From assembly GCA_963654705.1 (NCBI GenBank), contig CAVKAO010000002.1:16806-80805 (forward strand): 64,000 nucleotides of DNA, in the 5' to 3' direction. The stretch comes from Oscillospiraceae bacterium. GTDB lineage: Bacteria > Bacillota_I > Bacilli_A > Erysipelotrichales > Erysipelotrichaceae. The notes beneath the pieces were generated by a model. The model worked only from the letters and a program-made list of their open reading frames with translations, was not told the DNA's origin and searched no databases. Shown here piece by piece: positions 1 to 11,700 of the stretch. Numbering within the stretch: the stretch's first letter is position 1; each line of letters opens with the position of its first letter. The position numbers and the translations under genes are program-made.

Positions 1-995
1 TCGCTAGCTAACATTTCACATTCTCTTGGTGAACTTATAACCTTTAGTTCATCTCTTAGCCATTGTACTGCGGCTCCACCTATAAAAATAGAACCCTCTA
101 AAGCATATTTGATCTTCCCATTTTCACTTGCTGCAATCGTTGTAACTAAACCATGAGTTGATTTAACTAGCTTTTCACCTGTATTCATAAGAAGGAAACA
201 ACCTGTTCCATAAGTGTTTTTCATATCGCCTTCATTGAAACAACATTGGCCAAATAAAGCGCATTGTTGATCACCTGCTGCCCCACTTATTTTGATTGGT
301 TCGCCAAAAAAGCCTTTAAATGTTTCACCATACACGCAACTTGATGGTTTAACTTCAGGAAGTAAAGAACTTGGAATATCTAATAATTTCAAAAGATCTT
401 CGTCCCATTTTAAAGTATTGATGTTAAAAAGCATCGTTCTTGACGCATTTGTATAATCTGTTACATGAACTTTTCCACCCGTCAAATTATAAATAAGCCA
501 AGTATCAATAGTACCAAACAAAAGTTCACCATTATTAGCCTTTTCCCTAGCACCCTGTACATTATCTAAAATCCACTTTATCTTACTGCCTGAAAAGTAT
601 GCATCAGGAATAAGTCCGGTTTTTTCTTTAATCATGTCACTATATCCATCTTGAATTAAAGAATCGATGATATCGCTTGTCCTACGGCATTGCCAAACTA
701 TTGCATTATAAATTGGTTCCCCTGTCTTCTTGTCCCAAATTAAAGTCGTCTCTCTTTGATTGGTAATGCCAATACCTGCAATATCCTTTGGATCGATTCG
801 AGCATGTTTAATAGCCAATCTTGAAACTTCAAGAATCGAACTAAAAATTTCCTTACCATCATGTTCTACCCAAGCAGGATGAGGATAGTATTGTGTAAAC
901 TCTTTTTGTGCAACCGAAATCATATTGCCAAGTTTGTCAAAAATGATACAGCGAGAGCTAGTAGTCCCCTGATCTAGAGCCATTACATATTTCAT
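1..995 (-). CDS. glpK: glycerol kinase, N-terminal ~331 codons (C-terminus lies beyond the window edge)
   Basis: Absent from the ORF track because it runs off the window. My translation from ATG 995-993 gives [46 protein letters not shown]. Near the window edge it reads [23 protein letters not shown]. Both are typical GlpK/FGGY kinase sequence. A GGAG SD lies about 7 nt upstream. Confidence 0.9.
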   Translation of the reverse strand, partial: MKYVMALDQGTTSSRCIIFDKLGNMISVAQKEFTQYYPHPAWVEHDGKEIFSSILEVSRLAIKHARIDPKDIAGIGITNQRETTLIWDKKTGEPIYNAIVWQCRRTSDIIDSLIQDGYSDMIKEKTGLIPDAYFSGSKIKWILDNVQGAREKANNGELLFGTIDTWLIYNLTGGKVHVTDYTNASRTMLFNINTLKWDEDLLKLLDIPSSLLPEVKPSSCVYGETFKGFFGEPIKISGAAGDQQCALFGQCCFNEGDMKNTYGTGCFLLMNTGEKLVKSTHGLVTTIAASENGKIKYALEGSIFIGGAAVQWLRDELKVISSPRECEMLAS

Positions 996-1034
996 ATTTT
1001 TTCTCCGTTTAATTGTTAATTAGATTATATAATT

Positions 1035-2009
1035 TTGAATATGATATATCCAAATTTTTTAAAGAAAAACGATACAATTGGCATTAGCGCCTTAAGTGCT
1101 GGTGTAGGCAAAAAACTTGATGATTATCAAAAATCACTTCATATTCTTACAAAATATTACAAGATAAAAGAAACAAATAGTGTAAGAAATAATGCTTTGG
1201 TAAGTAACGAGGCATCCATTAGAGCCAAAGAATTAGATGAATTAGTATTAGATGAAGAAGTAAAAATGATAATGTGTGCAGCCGGTGGTGATGGTCAAAT
1301 TGAAACTTTGCCTTATATTAATTATGAACATATTAAAAAACATCCAAAATGGCTAACGGGAGCCAGTGACCCCACAAATTTATTGTTTCCTGTTACTACT
1401 ATGTTAGATATCGCTACCATCTATGGTTTTAACGGTGGCTCGTATTATGGTGAAATAAGTGAAGAAGCTAACTTAAGCATTTTGAGTGGCAACATCATTA
1501 AACAATTTTCCTATCCAAAATACAAAAGTTTTATTGATGCCATAAAAGGAAACGAAATATATCACAATGTTTACTATAAAGGTGAAATAGAAACAAGAGG
1601 TCGAATAATTGGCGGCTGTATTGACTGTATAGCTAAGATAATCGGCACTAAATACGATTATGTAAACAGTTTTATTGACAAGTATCAAGAAGATGGCATC
1701 ATATGGTACTTTGATAATTTTGCCCTAAGCGCTTTTGATATGTATTTAACCTTGTTACAATTTAAAAATGCCGGCTATTTTAGAAATACTAAAGCTATCT
1801 TATTTGGTAGAATTGCCTTTGCAAATACTGAAAATAGCGAATATATAAAAGATTATAATGAGGCTTATAAAAAAGCATTGGATGATATACCTTATATAAG
1901 TGAAATGGATATTGGCCATACCCGCCCTACTTTTACTATCATAAATGGTTCTATCGCCAATATCAAAATAAAAGATGGCCACGGTGAAATAAGCCAAGAA
2001 TTAATCTAA
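1035..2009 (+). CDS. LD-carboxypeptidase (peptidase S66, LdcA/MccF-like)
   Basis: 324-aa ORF with the GASDPT serine-nucleophile motif and a C-terminal DIGHTRP histidine motif. The track start is TTG 1035. An ATG at 1041 lies 7 nt after TATAAT (1028-1033) and has no SD. Confidence 0.75.
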   Translation: MNMIYPNFLKKNDTIGISALSAGVGKKLDDYQKSLHILTKYYKIKETNSVRNNALVSNEASIRAKELDELVLDEEVKMIMCAAGGDGQIETLPYINYEHIKKHPKWLTGASDPTNLLFPVTTMLDIATIYGFNGGSYYGEISEEANLSILSGNIIKQFSYPKYKSFIDAIKGNEIYHNVYYKGEIETRGRIIGGCIDCIAKIIGTKYDYVNSFIDKYQEDGIIWYFDNFALSAFDMYLTLLQFKNAGYFRNTKAILFGRIAFANTENSEYIKDYNEAYKKALDDIPYISEMDIGHTRPTFTIINGSIANIKIKDGHGEISQELI

Positions 2010-2737
2010 TAATATATTTTTAAAAGGTACAATCCACTACCAGTGATATTGTATCTTTTTGTATTCTTATTAGGACAATCAAGCATGTTTTTGATATCAT
2101 CAAGGCTTTTTTGATTTCTGCCTAAGTCAATCAAAGTGCCAACCATGATACGCACCATGTTTCTTAAAAAGCCATCGCCTGTAACTGTTATCTTTAAGAT
2201 ATCCTTGTTTTTAGTAATCTTAAATTCATATATTGTGCGTACTTGATCAGCCTTTTCTTCATAAGGAGTAGTATTAAAAGAAGAAAAATCATGAGTACCC
2301 AAAAACAAAGAAGCCCCTTCTTTCATTTTTTCAATATCTAATTTATAAAAACATTGATAGGCAAAACCATCTAAAAAAACATCATATTCACCAATATTAA
2401 TTAAATATTCATAAGTCTTCTTTTTTACATTAAACCGACAATGAAAATCATCACTTACATGTTCCACTTTTATAATATGAATATCCTTAGGTGTTAAAGC
2501 ATTTATCGAACCCTTTAGCTTATAAGTATCCATTACTTTTTCACTATCAAAATGAATAACTTGGCCCTTGGCATGAACACCCTTATCAGTTCTTGAAGCC
2601 ATAATTATTCTAATGTTTTCTTTAAAAATTATTTTTAGAGCCTTTTCAATCACATCTTGAATGGCTAAACCATTAATCTGCGATTGAAAGCCCACGTAAT
2701 TATTGCCATTATAAGCTAAAGTAACTTTGTATCTCAT
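2006..2737 (-). CDS. truA: tRNA pseudouridine(38-40) synthase
   Basis: Contains the catalytic Asp motif SRTDKGVHA. It sits in the conserved position downstream of ecfA1-ecfA2-ecfT and overlaps ecfT by 4 nt. Confidence 0.9.
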   Translation of the reverse strand: MRYKVTLAYNGNNYVGFQSQINGLAIQDVIEKALKIIFKENIRIIMASRTDKGVHAKGQVIHFDSEKVMDTYKLKGSINALTPKDIHIIKVEHVSDDFHCRFNVKKKTYEYLINIGEYDVFLDGFAYQCFYKLDIEKMKEGASLFLGTHDFSSFNTTPYEEKADQVRTIYEFKITKNKDILKITVTGDGFLRNMVRIMVGTLIDLGRNQKSLDDIKNMLDCPNKNTKRYNITGSGLYLLKIYY

Positions 2738-3534
2738 AAATATATTTTAGATAATATCGATAGTGTAAGCATAAACATAGACCCAAAAATAAAAACAAAA
2801 TCCTTAAAGGTATACTTTAAAACATGATACCTAGTTCTTTCTTTATCAGGCACATAGCCTCTTGCTTCCATGGCATCAGCCAATTCATAAGCTCTTTGAA
2901 AGGCCACCGTAAATAAAGGAATGATTAAAGACAATATCGCATTAATCTTTTCACTAAACTTGCCTTCCTCAAAATCAACACCTCTTGATTTTTGAGAGTT
3001 CATGATTCTAATTGTTTCCTCAATAATTGTGGGAATAAATCTTAAGGCGATAGAAATCATCATCGCTACCTCATGATAAGGAAAATGAAAAACTCTAAGA
3101 GGAGATAATAATTGTTCTATCCCAAGTGTCATATCAAGCGGTTTTGTAGTAGCTGTTAAACATGTTGTAACATTTACCATCAATAATAATCTAACTACTA
3201 TGAACAAAGTATTAAATATTGCATCACTATAGATATCAAAGCCAAATAAATTAATTAAAACATAGCCTGTTTTTACCGTAAGGCAATTGACAATCAATAG
3301 AAATACCATCATGAAAATAGTTGGTTTAAATGTTTTTAGTATCAACGATAGTTTTATTTTAGCCATAAGAACCACAAATAAAATAACAATCGCCAACACT
3401 AAATACATCCACCATGAGCTAGGTACAAATATTGCAATTATCATCAAGAACATAGCTATTAATTTAGCTCTTGGATCTAGACGATGAATAATTGAATCAA
3501 CTGGCATGTATTTTCCAAAAACCATATTATTCAT
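2734..3534 (-). CDS. ecfT: ECF transporter transmembrane (T) component
   Basis: 266-aa polytopic membrane ORF immediately after two ECF-type ATPases. It has the CbiQ/EcfT-like cytoplasmic coupling region (ALRFIPT...SQKSRG). Confidence 0.85.
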   Translation of the reverse strand: MNNMVFGKYMPVDSIIHRLDPRAKLIAMFLMIIAIFVPSSWWMYLVLAIVILFVVLMAKIKLSLILKTFKPTIFMMVFLLIVNCLTVKTGYVLINLFGFDIYSDAIFNTLFIVVRLLLMVNVTTCLTATTKPLDMTLGIEQLLSPLRVFHFPYHEVAMMISIALRFIPTIIEETIRIMNSQKSRGVDFEEGKFSEKINAILSLIIPLFTVAFQRAYELADAMEARGYVPDKERTRYHVLKYTFKDFVFIFGSMFMLTLSILSKIYL

Positions 3535-4385
3535 CTTTTTAGTTCTCCTTTTACATACTTAGCCAATTGATCAATTGTTCTAACATCTCCTGGTATGTCA
3601 AAGCCCTTTTTATTTAATTCGCTTTTTAAGCTTACTAATTTTGGTTTAATCAAATGATAATCCTCAATATAATCATCATTATTAAATAACGATAAAGTTT
3701 CGCCACTATATACAACATTACCCTTTGACATCAAAACAGTATTATCACAATAGTTATAGACCATCTCATTATCATGAGAAACGATAATGATTGTCTTATT
3801 AAACTTTTTATTTAAAGTTACAAATAAATCAATTATTTCTTCACTGCCCTTAGGATCAAGCCCGGCTGTGGGTTCATCTAATACCACCATTTTAGGATCT
3901 AGTGCTAAAATACCAGCTATGGCAATTCTTCTTTTTTGCCCTCCTGATAAGTCAAAAGGAGATACATCATATTTATCTTCGCCAATGCCCACCAATTTTA
4001 ATGCTTTCTTAGCTTTTTCAGTTGCCTCTTCAATAGAAAAACCATAGTTTTTTGGTCCAAAGGCAACATCTTTTAAAATAGTTTCTTCAAAAAGCTGATA
4101 TTCAGAAAATTGAAAAACAAGTCCAACTTCTTGCCTTAATGCCTTCAAGTTCTTATTTTTCTTGCCAGCTTCAATATTAAAATCAAATACTTCTAGTGCA
4201 CCAGAGCTTGGAAGTAATAGAGCGTTTAAATGTTCAACCAAAGTTGATTTACCCGATCCTGTAGTGCCAATAATAGCAGTAATCTTACCCTCTTCCAGTT
4301 GCAAATCGATTTTATTTAAGGCACTAGAAGCATATGGCATACCTTCATCATATATATAACTTAAGCTCTTGAATTTAACTGCCAT
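3531..4385 (-). CDS. ecfA2: ECF transporter ATPase A2
   Basis: Walker A GTTGSGKST, ABC signature LSGGQKRR and Walker B VVLDEPTAGLD. It is the second ATPase of the ecf module. Confidence 0.9.
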   Translation of the reverse strand: MAVKFKSLSYIYDEGMPYASSALNKIDLQLEEGKITAIIGTTGSGKSTLVEHLNALLLPSSGALEVFDFNIEAGKKNKNLKALRQEVGLVFQFSEYQLFEETILKDVAFGPKNYGFSIEEATEKAKKALKLVGIGEDKYDVSPFDLSGGQKRRIAIAGILALDPKMVVLDEPTAGLDPKGSEEIIDLFVTLNKKFNKTIIIVSHDNEMVYNYCDNTVLMSKGNVVYSGETLSLFNNDDYIEDYHLIKPKLVSLKSELNKKGFDIPGDVRTIDQLAKYVKGELKR

Positions 4386-5191
4386 AATTCTTCCACCATC
4401 TTATCTAATTCGCTATTCTTTAATTTAATACCTTCTTTTTCAAAAGCTTCCTTAACCTTTAAATTAAAAGGAATATCTAAATCGATTTTTCTAAGTTCTT
4501 TTGCATGCTTAAATACTTCACTTGGAATATCATGCATAAAAACTTTACCCTTGTTTAAAACAATGCAATCACTAGCCTGTAAAACTTCTTCTATATCATG
4601 TGTAATAGAAATAATTGTATATTTCTTTTCTTCATGAATTTTATGCATTAAAGCTTTAATATCACTTTTACCCTTTGGATCAAGCATACTAGTTGCCTCA
4701 TCAAAGATTATAATATCAGGATGCATAGCCAAAACCCCCGCAATGGCAACTCTTTGTTTTTGGCCACCAGATAAGGCGGTAGGCTCCTTATCCAAGTATT
4801 CATCAAGTCCAACAATGCCTGCATATTTTACAATAATGTCTTCCATATCTTCACTTTTTACTTGTCTATTTTCAAGACCAAAAGCAATATCATCTCTTAC
4901 AGTTGAACCTATGAATTGATTATCAGGATTTTGAAAAACAATACCCATCTTTTTTCTTATATCATATATATTTTCTTCATTTAATTTTAATCCATCAATA
5001 TAGATATCACCGCTTTTAGCCTCCAAAAGCCCCATTAAAAGACGTGCTAAAGTTGATTTTCCAGAACCATTATGACCAATAATAGTCACATAAGATCCTT
5101 CTTCTATATTAAAGGAAATATCATCTATCACTTTTACATTTTCCGTATATGAAAAGTTTAAATTCTTTACTTCTATTAAGCTCATAACCAT
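4361..5191 (-). CDS. ecfA1: ECF transporter ATPase A1
   Basis: Walker A GHNGSGKST, signature LSGGQKQR and Walker B IIFDEATSMLD. The likely true start is the ATG at 5185 (MSLIEVKNL), 7 nt downstream of TATAAT (5198-5193), with no SD. Confidence 0.9.
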   Translation of the reverse strand: MVMSLIEVKNLNFSYTENVKVIDDISFNIEEGSYVTIIGHNGSGKSTLARLLMGLLEAKSGDIYIDGLKLNEENIYDIRKKMGIVFQNPDNQFIGSTVRDDIAFGLENRQVKSEDMEDIIVKYAGIVGLDEYLDKEPTALSGGQKQRVAIAGVLAMHPDIIIFDEATSMLDPKGKSDIKALMHKIHEEKKYTIISITHDIEEVLQASDCIVLNKGKVFMHDIPSEVFKHAKELRKIDLDIPFNLKVKEAFEKEGIKLKNSELDKMVEELWQLNSRA

Positions 5192-5280
5192 TATTATAAC
5201 AATATTTTTTGTGAATAATAAAAGTGATATTAAAAGGTGTTTTGTATTATAATTAGGAAGGTAAAAAAGGAGAATAAATT

Positions 5281-6252
5281 ATGCCATTAGTTACGACTAA
5301 AGAAATGTTTAAGAAAGCTTATGATGGCGGTTATGCAATCGGTGCTTTCAATGTAAACAACATGGAAATTATCCAAGGTATTACTGAAGCTGCAAAAGAA
5401 TGCAACGCACCAGTAATTCTACAAGTTTCAAAAGGAGCTAGAGCTTATGCTAACAGAACTTATCTTGTTAAGCTAGTTGAAGCTGCTGTAATTGAAACAG
5501 GTCTTCCAATTTGTTTACACTTAGACCATGGTGATTCATTTGAAACATGTAAAGAATGTGTTGATGATGGTTTCACTTCTGTTATGATTGACTGTTCTAG
5601 TAAACCACTTGAAGAAAACATCGCTATTACTAAAAAAGTAGTTGAATATGCTCATGCACATGGTGTAGTAGTAGAAGCTGAACTTGGTACTTTAGCTGGT
5701 GTTGAAGATGATGTAAAAGTATCTGCTGCAGATTCTAGTTACACTCGTCCTGAAGATGTTGAAAGATTTGTTAAGGAAACTGGTTGTGATTCACTTGCAA
5801 TCGCTATCGGTACTTCTCATGGTGCATACAAATTCACACCTGAACAATGCACAAGAAATGAAGAAGGTATCTTAGTACCACCTCCTCTAAGATTTGATAT
5901 CCTAGAAGAAGTATCTAAGAGACTTCCTGGTTTCCCAATTGTACTTCACGGTTCTTCTAGCGTACCTCAAGAATACGTTAAGATGATCAATGAACATGGA
6001 GGAAAGATGCCAGATGCTGTTGGTATCCCTGAATCTCAACTTCGTGAAGCTGCTAAGATGGCAGTATGCAAGATTAACATCGACTCAGATTTAAGACTTG
6101 CAATGACAGGTACAATTAGACAATTCTTTGACGAACACCCTGAAAAGTTCGACCCAAGAGAATACTTAAAGCCTGCTAGAAACAACATCAAGGAATTAGT
6201 AAAACATAAAATTACTGACGTACTTGGTTGCGATAACAAAGCTGATCTATAA
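5281..6252 (+). CDS. fba: class II fructose-1,6-bisphosphate aldolase
   Basis: 323 aa, with N-terminal PLVTTKEMFKKAYDGGYAIGAFNVNN, the metal-binding LHLDHG motif, and a strong AAGGAG SD. Confidence 0.9.
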   Translation: MPLVTTKEMFKKAYDGGYAIGAFNVNNMEIIQGITEAAKECNAPVILQVSKGARAYANRTYLVKLVEAAVIETGLPICLHLDHGDSFETCKECVDDGFTSVMIDCSSKPLEENIAITKKVVEYAHAHGVVVEAELGTLAGVEDDVKVSAADSSYTRPEDVERFVKETGCDSLAIAIGTSHGAYKFTPEQCTRNEEGILVPPPLRFDILEEVSKRLPGFPIVLHGSSSVPQEYVKMINEHGGKMPDAVGIPESQLREAAKMAVCKINIDSDLRLAMTGTIRQFFDEHPEKFDPREYLKPARNNIKELVKHKITDVLGCDNKADL

Positions 6253-6258
6253 GATACA

Positions 6259-6280
6259 AGCCACTGAAAAGTGGCTTTTC
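6259..6280. terminator. bidirectional intrinsic terminator between convergent fba and obg
   Basis: Hairpin AGCCAC-TGAAAA-GTGGCT flanked by an A-run and a T-run. Confidence 0.8.
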
Positions 6281-6301
6281 TTATACAACAAAAAAGATGA
6301 G

Positions 6302-7606
<1,305 letters not shown>

Positions 7607-7615
7607 CTAAAAATA

Positions 7616-7636
7616 AAAGGCCCAACAAAGGCCTTT
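7616..7636 (-). terminator. intrinsic terminator after rpmA
   Basis: Minus strand reads AAAGGCC-TTTGTTG-GGCCTTT followed by TATTTTT. It lies between the rpmA stop and the obg start. Confidence 0.75.
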
Positions 7637-7642
7637 ATGATC

Positions 7643-7927
7643 TTAAGCAGCAGGATAGCAAGAAACTTTCTTCTTGTCTTTGCCAAGGCGTTCGTATTTT
7701 ACGATGCCATCGCAAGTGCAGAATAATGTATCGTCGCCACCTTTTTTAACATTTGTACCTGGATGAATCTTAGTACCTCTTTGACGGTAAATGATAGAAC
7801 CAGCAGTAGCAAATTGACCATCGGCAACCTTCGCACCTAATCTCTTCGAATGAGAATCACGGCCGTTCTTAGTAGAACTAACACCCTTTTTAGAAGCGAA
7901 GTATTGAATATTTAAGATATATTTCAT
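7643..7927 (-). CDS. rpmA: 50S ribosomal protein L27 with cleavable N-terminal propeptide
   Basis: [10 protein letters not shown] then [15 protein letters not shown]. This is the Firmicutes pro-L27 cleavage motif that Prp processes. Confidence 0.95.
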   Translation of the reverse strand: MKYILNIQYFASKKGVSSTKNGRDSHSKRLGAKVADGQFATAGSIIYRQRGTKIHPGTNVKKGGDDTLFCTCDGIVKYERLGKDKKKVSCYPAA

Positions 7928-7931
7928 ATAC

Positions 7932-8234
7932 TTATTTCCTTTCTACTTTGATAAATTCTCCAAAAGACTCTTCAATTGTCTTAAGTTGAATTATTGTAAG
8001 TTTAAAGAAGTTATTTACTTCACTTAACTTACTATCGTTAATAATTTCAATGTGATTATTTAAATCTCTTATCGTAATTCCTTTATATTCATCTAAACAA
8101 TTCATTAGACCAAATATAATACTAGAAACACTAGCACAAACTAAGTCTTTGCCAAACTCATCAAAGTTAGCATGGCCTTTAACACTTAGATATGTGTATT
8201 CATCATCAACAAGTTTATATGTGACCTTGATCAT
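7932..8234 (-). CDS. prp: ribosomal-processing cysteine protease Prp
   Basis: 100-aa ORF between rplU and rpmA. It carries a His/Cys dyad context ([20 protein letters not shown]). Confidence 0.85.
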   Translation of the reverse strand: MIKVTYKLVDDEYTYLSVKGHANFDEFGKDLVCASVSSIIFGLMNCLDEYKGITIRDLNNHIEIINDSKLSEVNNFFKLTIIQLKTIEESFGEFIKVERK

Positions 8235-8542
8235 TAAGCGATCTTAGTAACAGTTAACTTAGTATAAGGTTGACGATGACCTTGTTTACGACGAGTAGTA
8301 CCCTTCTTAGACTTGTACTTGAAGATAACAATCTTCTTTTCCTTGCCTTGTTTTTCAACATTGCAAGTAACTGTAGCACCATCTACATAAGGAGTACCAA
8401 GCTTTAACTCACCATTACTAACAGCTACAACTTTATCAAAAGTATAAGTTTCTCCTTCTTTAACGTCTAATTTTTCAACGTAAATTACAGAACCTTCTTC
8501 AACTTTAAGTTGCTTGCCGCCTGTTTCAATAATTGCGTACAT
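8234..8542 (-). CDS. rplU: 50S ribosomal protein L21
   Basis: [17 protein letters not shown] ... [14 protein letters not shown] trimmed the track start (8575) to the ATG at 8542, which follows an AAGGAG SD. This gives 102 aa, as in other bacteria. Confidence 0.95.
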   Translation of the reverse strand: MYAIIETGGKQLKVEEGSVIYVEKLDVKEGETYTFDKVVAVSNGELKLGTPYVDGATVTCNVEKQGKEKKIVIFKYKSKKGTTRRKQGHRQPYTKLTVTKIA

Positions 8543-8640
8543 CATATTCTCCTTTCTTTGATATAGACTCGCCATTAAGGTGCTATGCTTATAACCTTTT
8601 CTGTGCGGTTGAAACCCAATATGGGAGACAACGTATATAT
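8543..8640 (-). promoter_or_regulatory. possible L21 ribosomal-protein leader plus extended -10 promoter (TGGTACTAT)
   Basis: About 95 nt of structured-looking 5' UTR lies upstream of rplU. The assignment is positional only, and I could not verify it against the Rfam L21_leader model. Confidence 0.3.
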
Positions 8641-8719
8641 AGTACCATATTTTTTTAAAAAATTAGTACTATTTTTAAAAATAAGCCTATAAATTGCACT
8701 TTTTAGCCAATTTATAAAT

Positions 8720-8742
8720 ATGACCATCATATAGATGGCCAT
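8720..8742 (-). terminator. putative terminator after the giant surface-protein gene
   Basis: Minus strand reads ATGGCCATC-TATAT-GATGGTCAT (9 bp including one GU). The downstream T-tract is weak. Confidence 0.45.
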
Positions 8743-8749
8743 AAATTAA

Positions 8750-11700
8750 TTAAGCTTCTTCTTCCTGTTCTTCTTTATGAAATTTTCTACCAAAAATTAC
8801 CGCAACAACATTGATAAGTGTTAATACAAACATTAATAAAGTCCATCTATCAACAAGTACCATTGGATTAGTCATATTTTCGGTTAAAATGAATAGAATA
8901 ATAGACAACAATGCATCAATAACCACAACAACTTTCCATCTTCTATGACGTACTTGAGTCGTATTTTCTTCTTCATTTTCTAATTCTAGATTCTTGTTTT
9001 CTTCTTCGTCTTCTTCTTTTTCATTTTTAGACATCAACAAGAATATACCAAGAAGCATTGATATAACAACGCATATTAGATTGATTAATGCCCAATGTTT
9101 GTCTTTTGTAGCCCACTCTGGCGTTACATTATCATCAATTGTTATTTTCTCTGTTTCATTATTTGAATCATCATTAGAATCATCACTAGGATTTACGATA
9201 ATACTTGAATCTTCTTTTTTATCCTCACTTGTATCACTACTTGGACTAGGAGTTGGTGTAATATCGCTAGGCGTAGGTCTTACAGGTGTTGGTCTTACAT
9301 TTGGAGTAGGTGTAGGACTAGGAGTTGGTGTAACATCATCCTTCTTATCAGGGATAGGATTAGCTTTTTCATTAACTGTTAAAGTGCCAAGTTTTTCTTC
9401 CACCTCATAGTTGTCCTTTTTAGCTGTTCCATCCCAAGTTAATGAATAGCTATTTGTTGAACTGCCAACGCTAGTTTGACGACCAGTTGTTGTAAATGAT
9501 AGCGTTTCATCATTTACAAGACCAGTAACACTGCCACCAGCTGTTAAAGGTTCTCCATCATAATCCTTAGAAGCACTTTCTGTTATAACAGTAATAGTTT
9601 TTTTAATAACAGTTAGCTTACCAAATGATTCATTAACAATCTTATAGTTAGACTCTTTAGCACTATCCCAATTGATTGTATATGAATTATTATCTGATTG
9701 ACCAAAGTCAGTTCTTGATGAAGTAACTATCAATGTAGCTTTTTCGCCATCAACCAAGCCTTCAATTTTACCATCGCCAACTAAAGCACTACCATCATAT
9801 GTCTTCTTATCAGAATAAGTGATAATTGTTAAAGGAGCTTGGGTAATTGTTAAAGTTCCTTCCTTTACAATTTCAATATCATAGTTATTTTCATTGTATG
9901 AAGAGTTCTTATTTACAATTTCGATAGTATTTATTACATCACCCTTATCAGTAATAGAACCTGTTGCGATAGCATTTGCCTCACCTTTTACAAAGCCATC
10001 GCCACCAATTGTAACTTCTGGCTTAGTTAAAGCAGTTCCATCATATATCTTAGAATCACTATCACTGCTTAACTTAACGCTTCTTTTAGTAATGTTTAAT
10101 GATCCATCTTCAACAACAAATGTTACTTTATCAAAGTTTTCATTGTTATTTGTAAAATCATCTTCACTTAGGCCCATGTAGTAAGTTCCAGCTGCAGTTG
10201 CCTTAACTTCTAAATTGCCATTGAAAGAGAAATCGCTTTCTTTATATAAGCTTCCAGTAGTTATTTTTACATCATAACCAGATACAAGTTTTTCATTCCC
10301 ATCATATAAATAATTATCACTATGTCCTTTAATAGTAACAACTACTTCATCTACTTTGGTAATTGATAGATCGCCTTCTATTTTGGTTATTTCATAGTTA
10401 GACTCTAGAGTATTGCTATATAAATCATACGTAAAACTATTTTTTCTTGAACCAAAATCTGTAATACTACCAGTCACATCATATATAGCGCCTTCTTTAT
10501 CTGCAAAGCCATCGCCACTAACTGTAACCGTGCTATTTGTTAAAGGAGTACCATCATATACCTTTGAATCATTTGCACTAGTTAATCTAAGCTCTCTTTT
10601 TGAAATAGTTAATGCACCATCTTCAACAACAAATTTAACATTAGAGAAGTTTTGGTTAGTGTTTTCAAATTTCTTTACATCTAAACCAATATAATATGTA
10701 TCAGCATTCTTTCCAGAAACATCAGTTGAACCTTCATACTTAAAATCGTTTTCACTATAAAGATTATTACTAATACTTGTTACAACATAGCCAGAAACAG
10801 AATGATTTTGACCATCGTATTTAAAGGTATCACTATTGCCCTTAATGTTTACCACTATTTCTTCACTTAAAGGTGTGATAGTTAATAAACCATTTTCAGT
10901 CTTAATATTATAGTTATTAGCCTTCGTACCATCATTTAAAGAATAAGTAAATTCGTTTTCACTGCTACCAACAATTAATTGTTTACCACTTGTTTGATAG
11001 CTATATCCTTCGCCTTCAACAAAACTTCCTTCACTTACATAAACTTCATTCTTTGCCAAAGCACTACCATTGTATTCTCTTTCATCAGATGCACTTGTTA
11101 AAGTTACTTCTCTTTTTTTGATATTTAAAGTAGTATCATTTTCAATAATAAAGGTTACTTTATAATTTGAATTTAAATTTTCAAATTGGTCTGCCTTTAA
11201 GCCTAAATTATAGACACCTGCATCTTTACCACTTATAGTAGCGTCTTTTTTAATAAACTTAAAATCATCTACAGTATATGTACTACCTTCAGTTATTGTA
11301 TAAGTATAGCCACTAACTTCATGATTTTCACCATCATAAGTGGTTTCTAGTGTATTACCCTTAATTGTAACAACAACATCTTCTGCATTTGTTACAGTAA
11401 GCTTTCCATATTGAATAGTTATGTTGTAGTTATCAGCTAATGTATTTTCTTTTAATGTATAAGTGAAAATATTATCGCTTTCACCAACATTTGTTTGGCT
11501 ACCAATAACACTATACAAAGCGCCTTCGCCATCTACAAATCCAATAGCGTTAACTTCACTGTTTGTTAAAGCGGTTTTATCATAAACTTTTGAAGCAGAT
11601 CCACTTGTGATAGTTACATCTTTTTTAAGAATTTCTAGTTTACCCAAGACACTTTCAATATTATAGTTAGACTCTTTAGCTGTACTGTTATCCCAATCTA

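Noticed and set aside
8543-8575. N-terminal extensions given by the ORF track for rplU, birA (14913-14975), the ankyrin gene (35209-35247), the dehydrogenase (36144-36194), hicB (44928-44963) and cysK (42318-42338)
   Set aside because: In each case an internal ATG is preceded by a good SD at proper spacing and gives the family-typical N-terminus. The extensions run through SDs, terminators or promoters.
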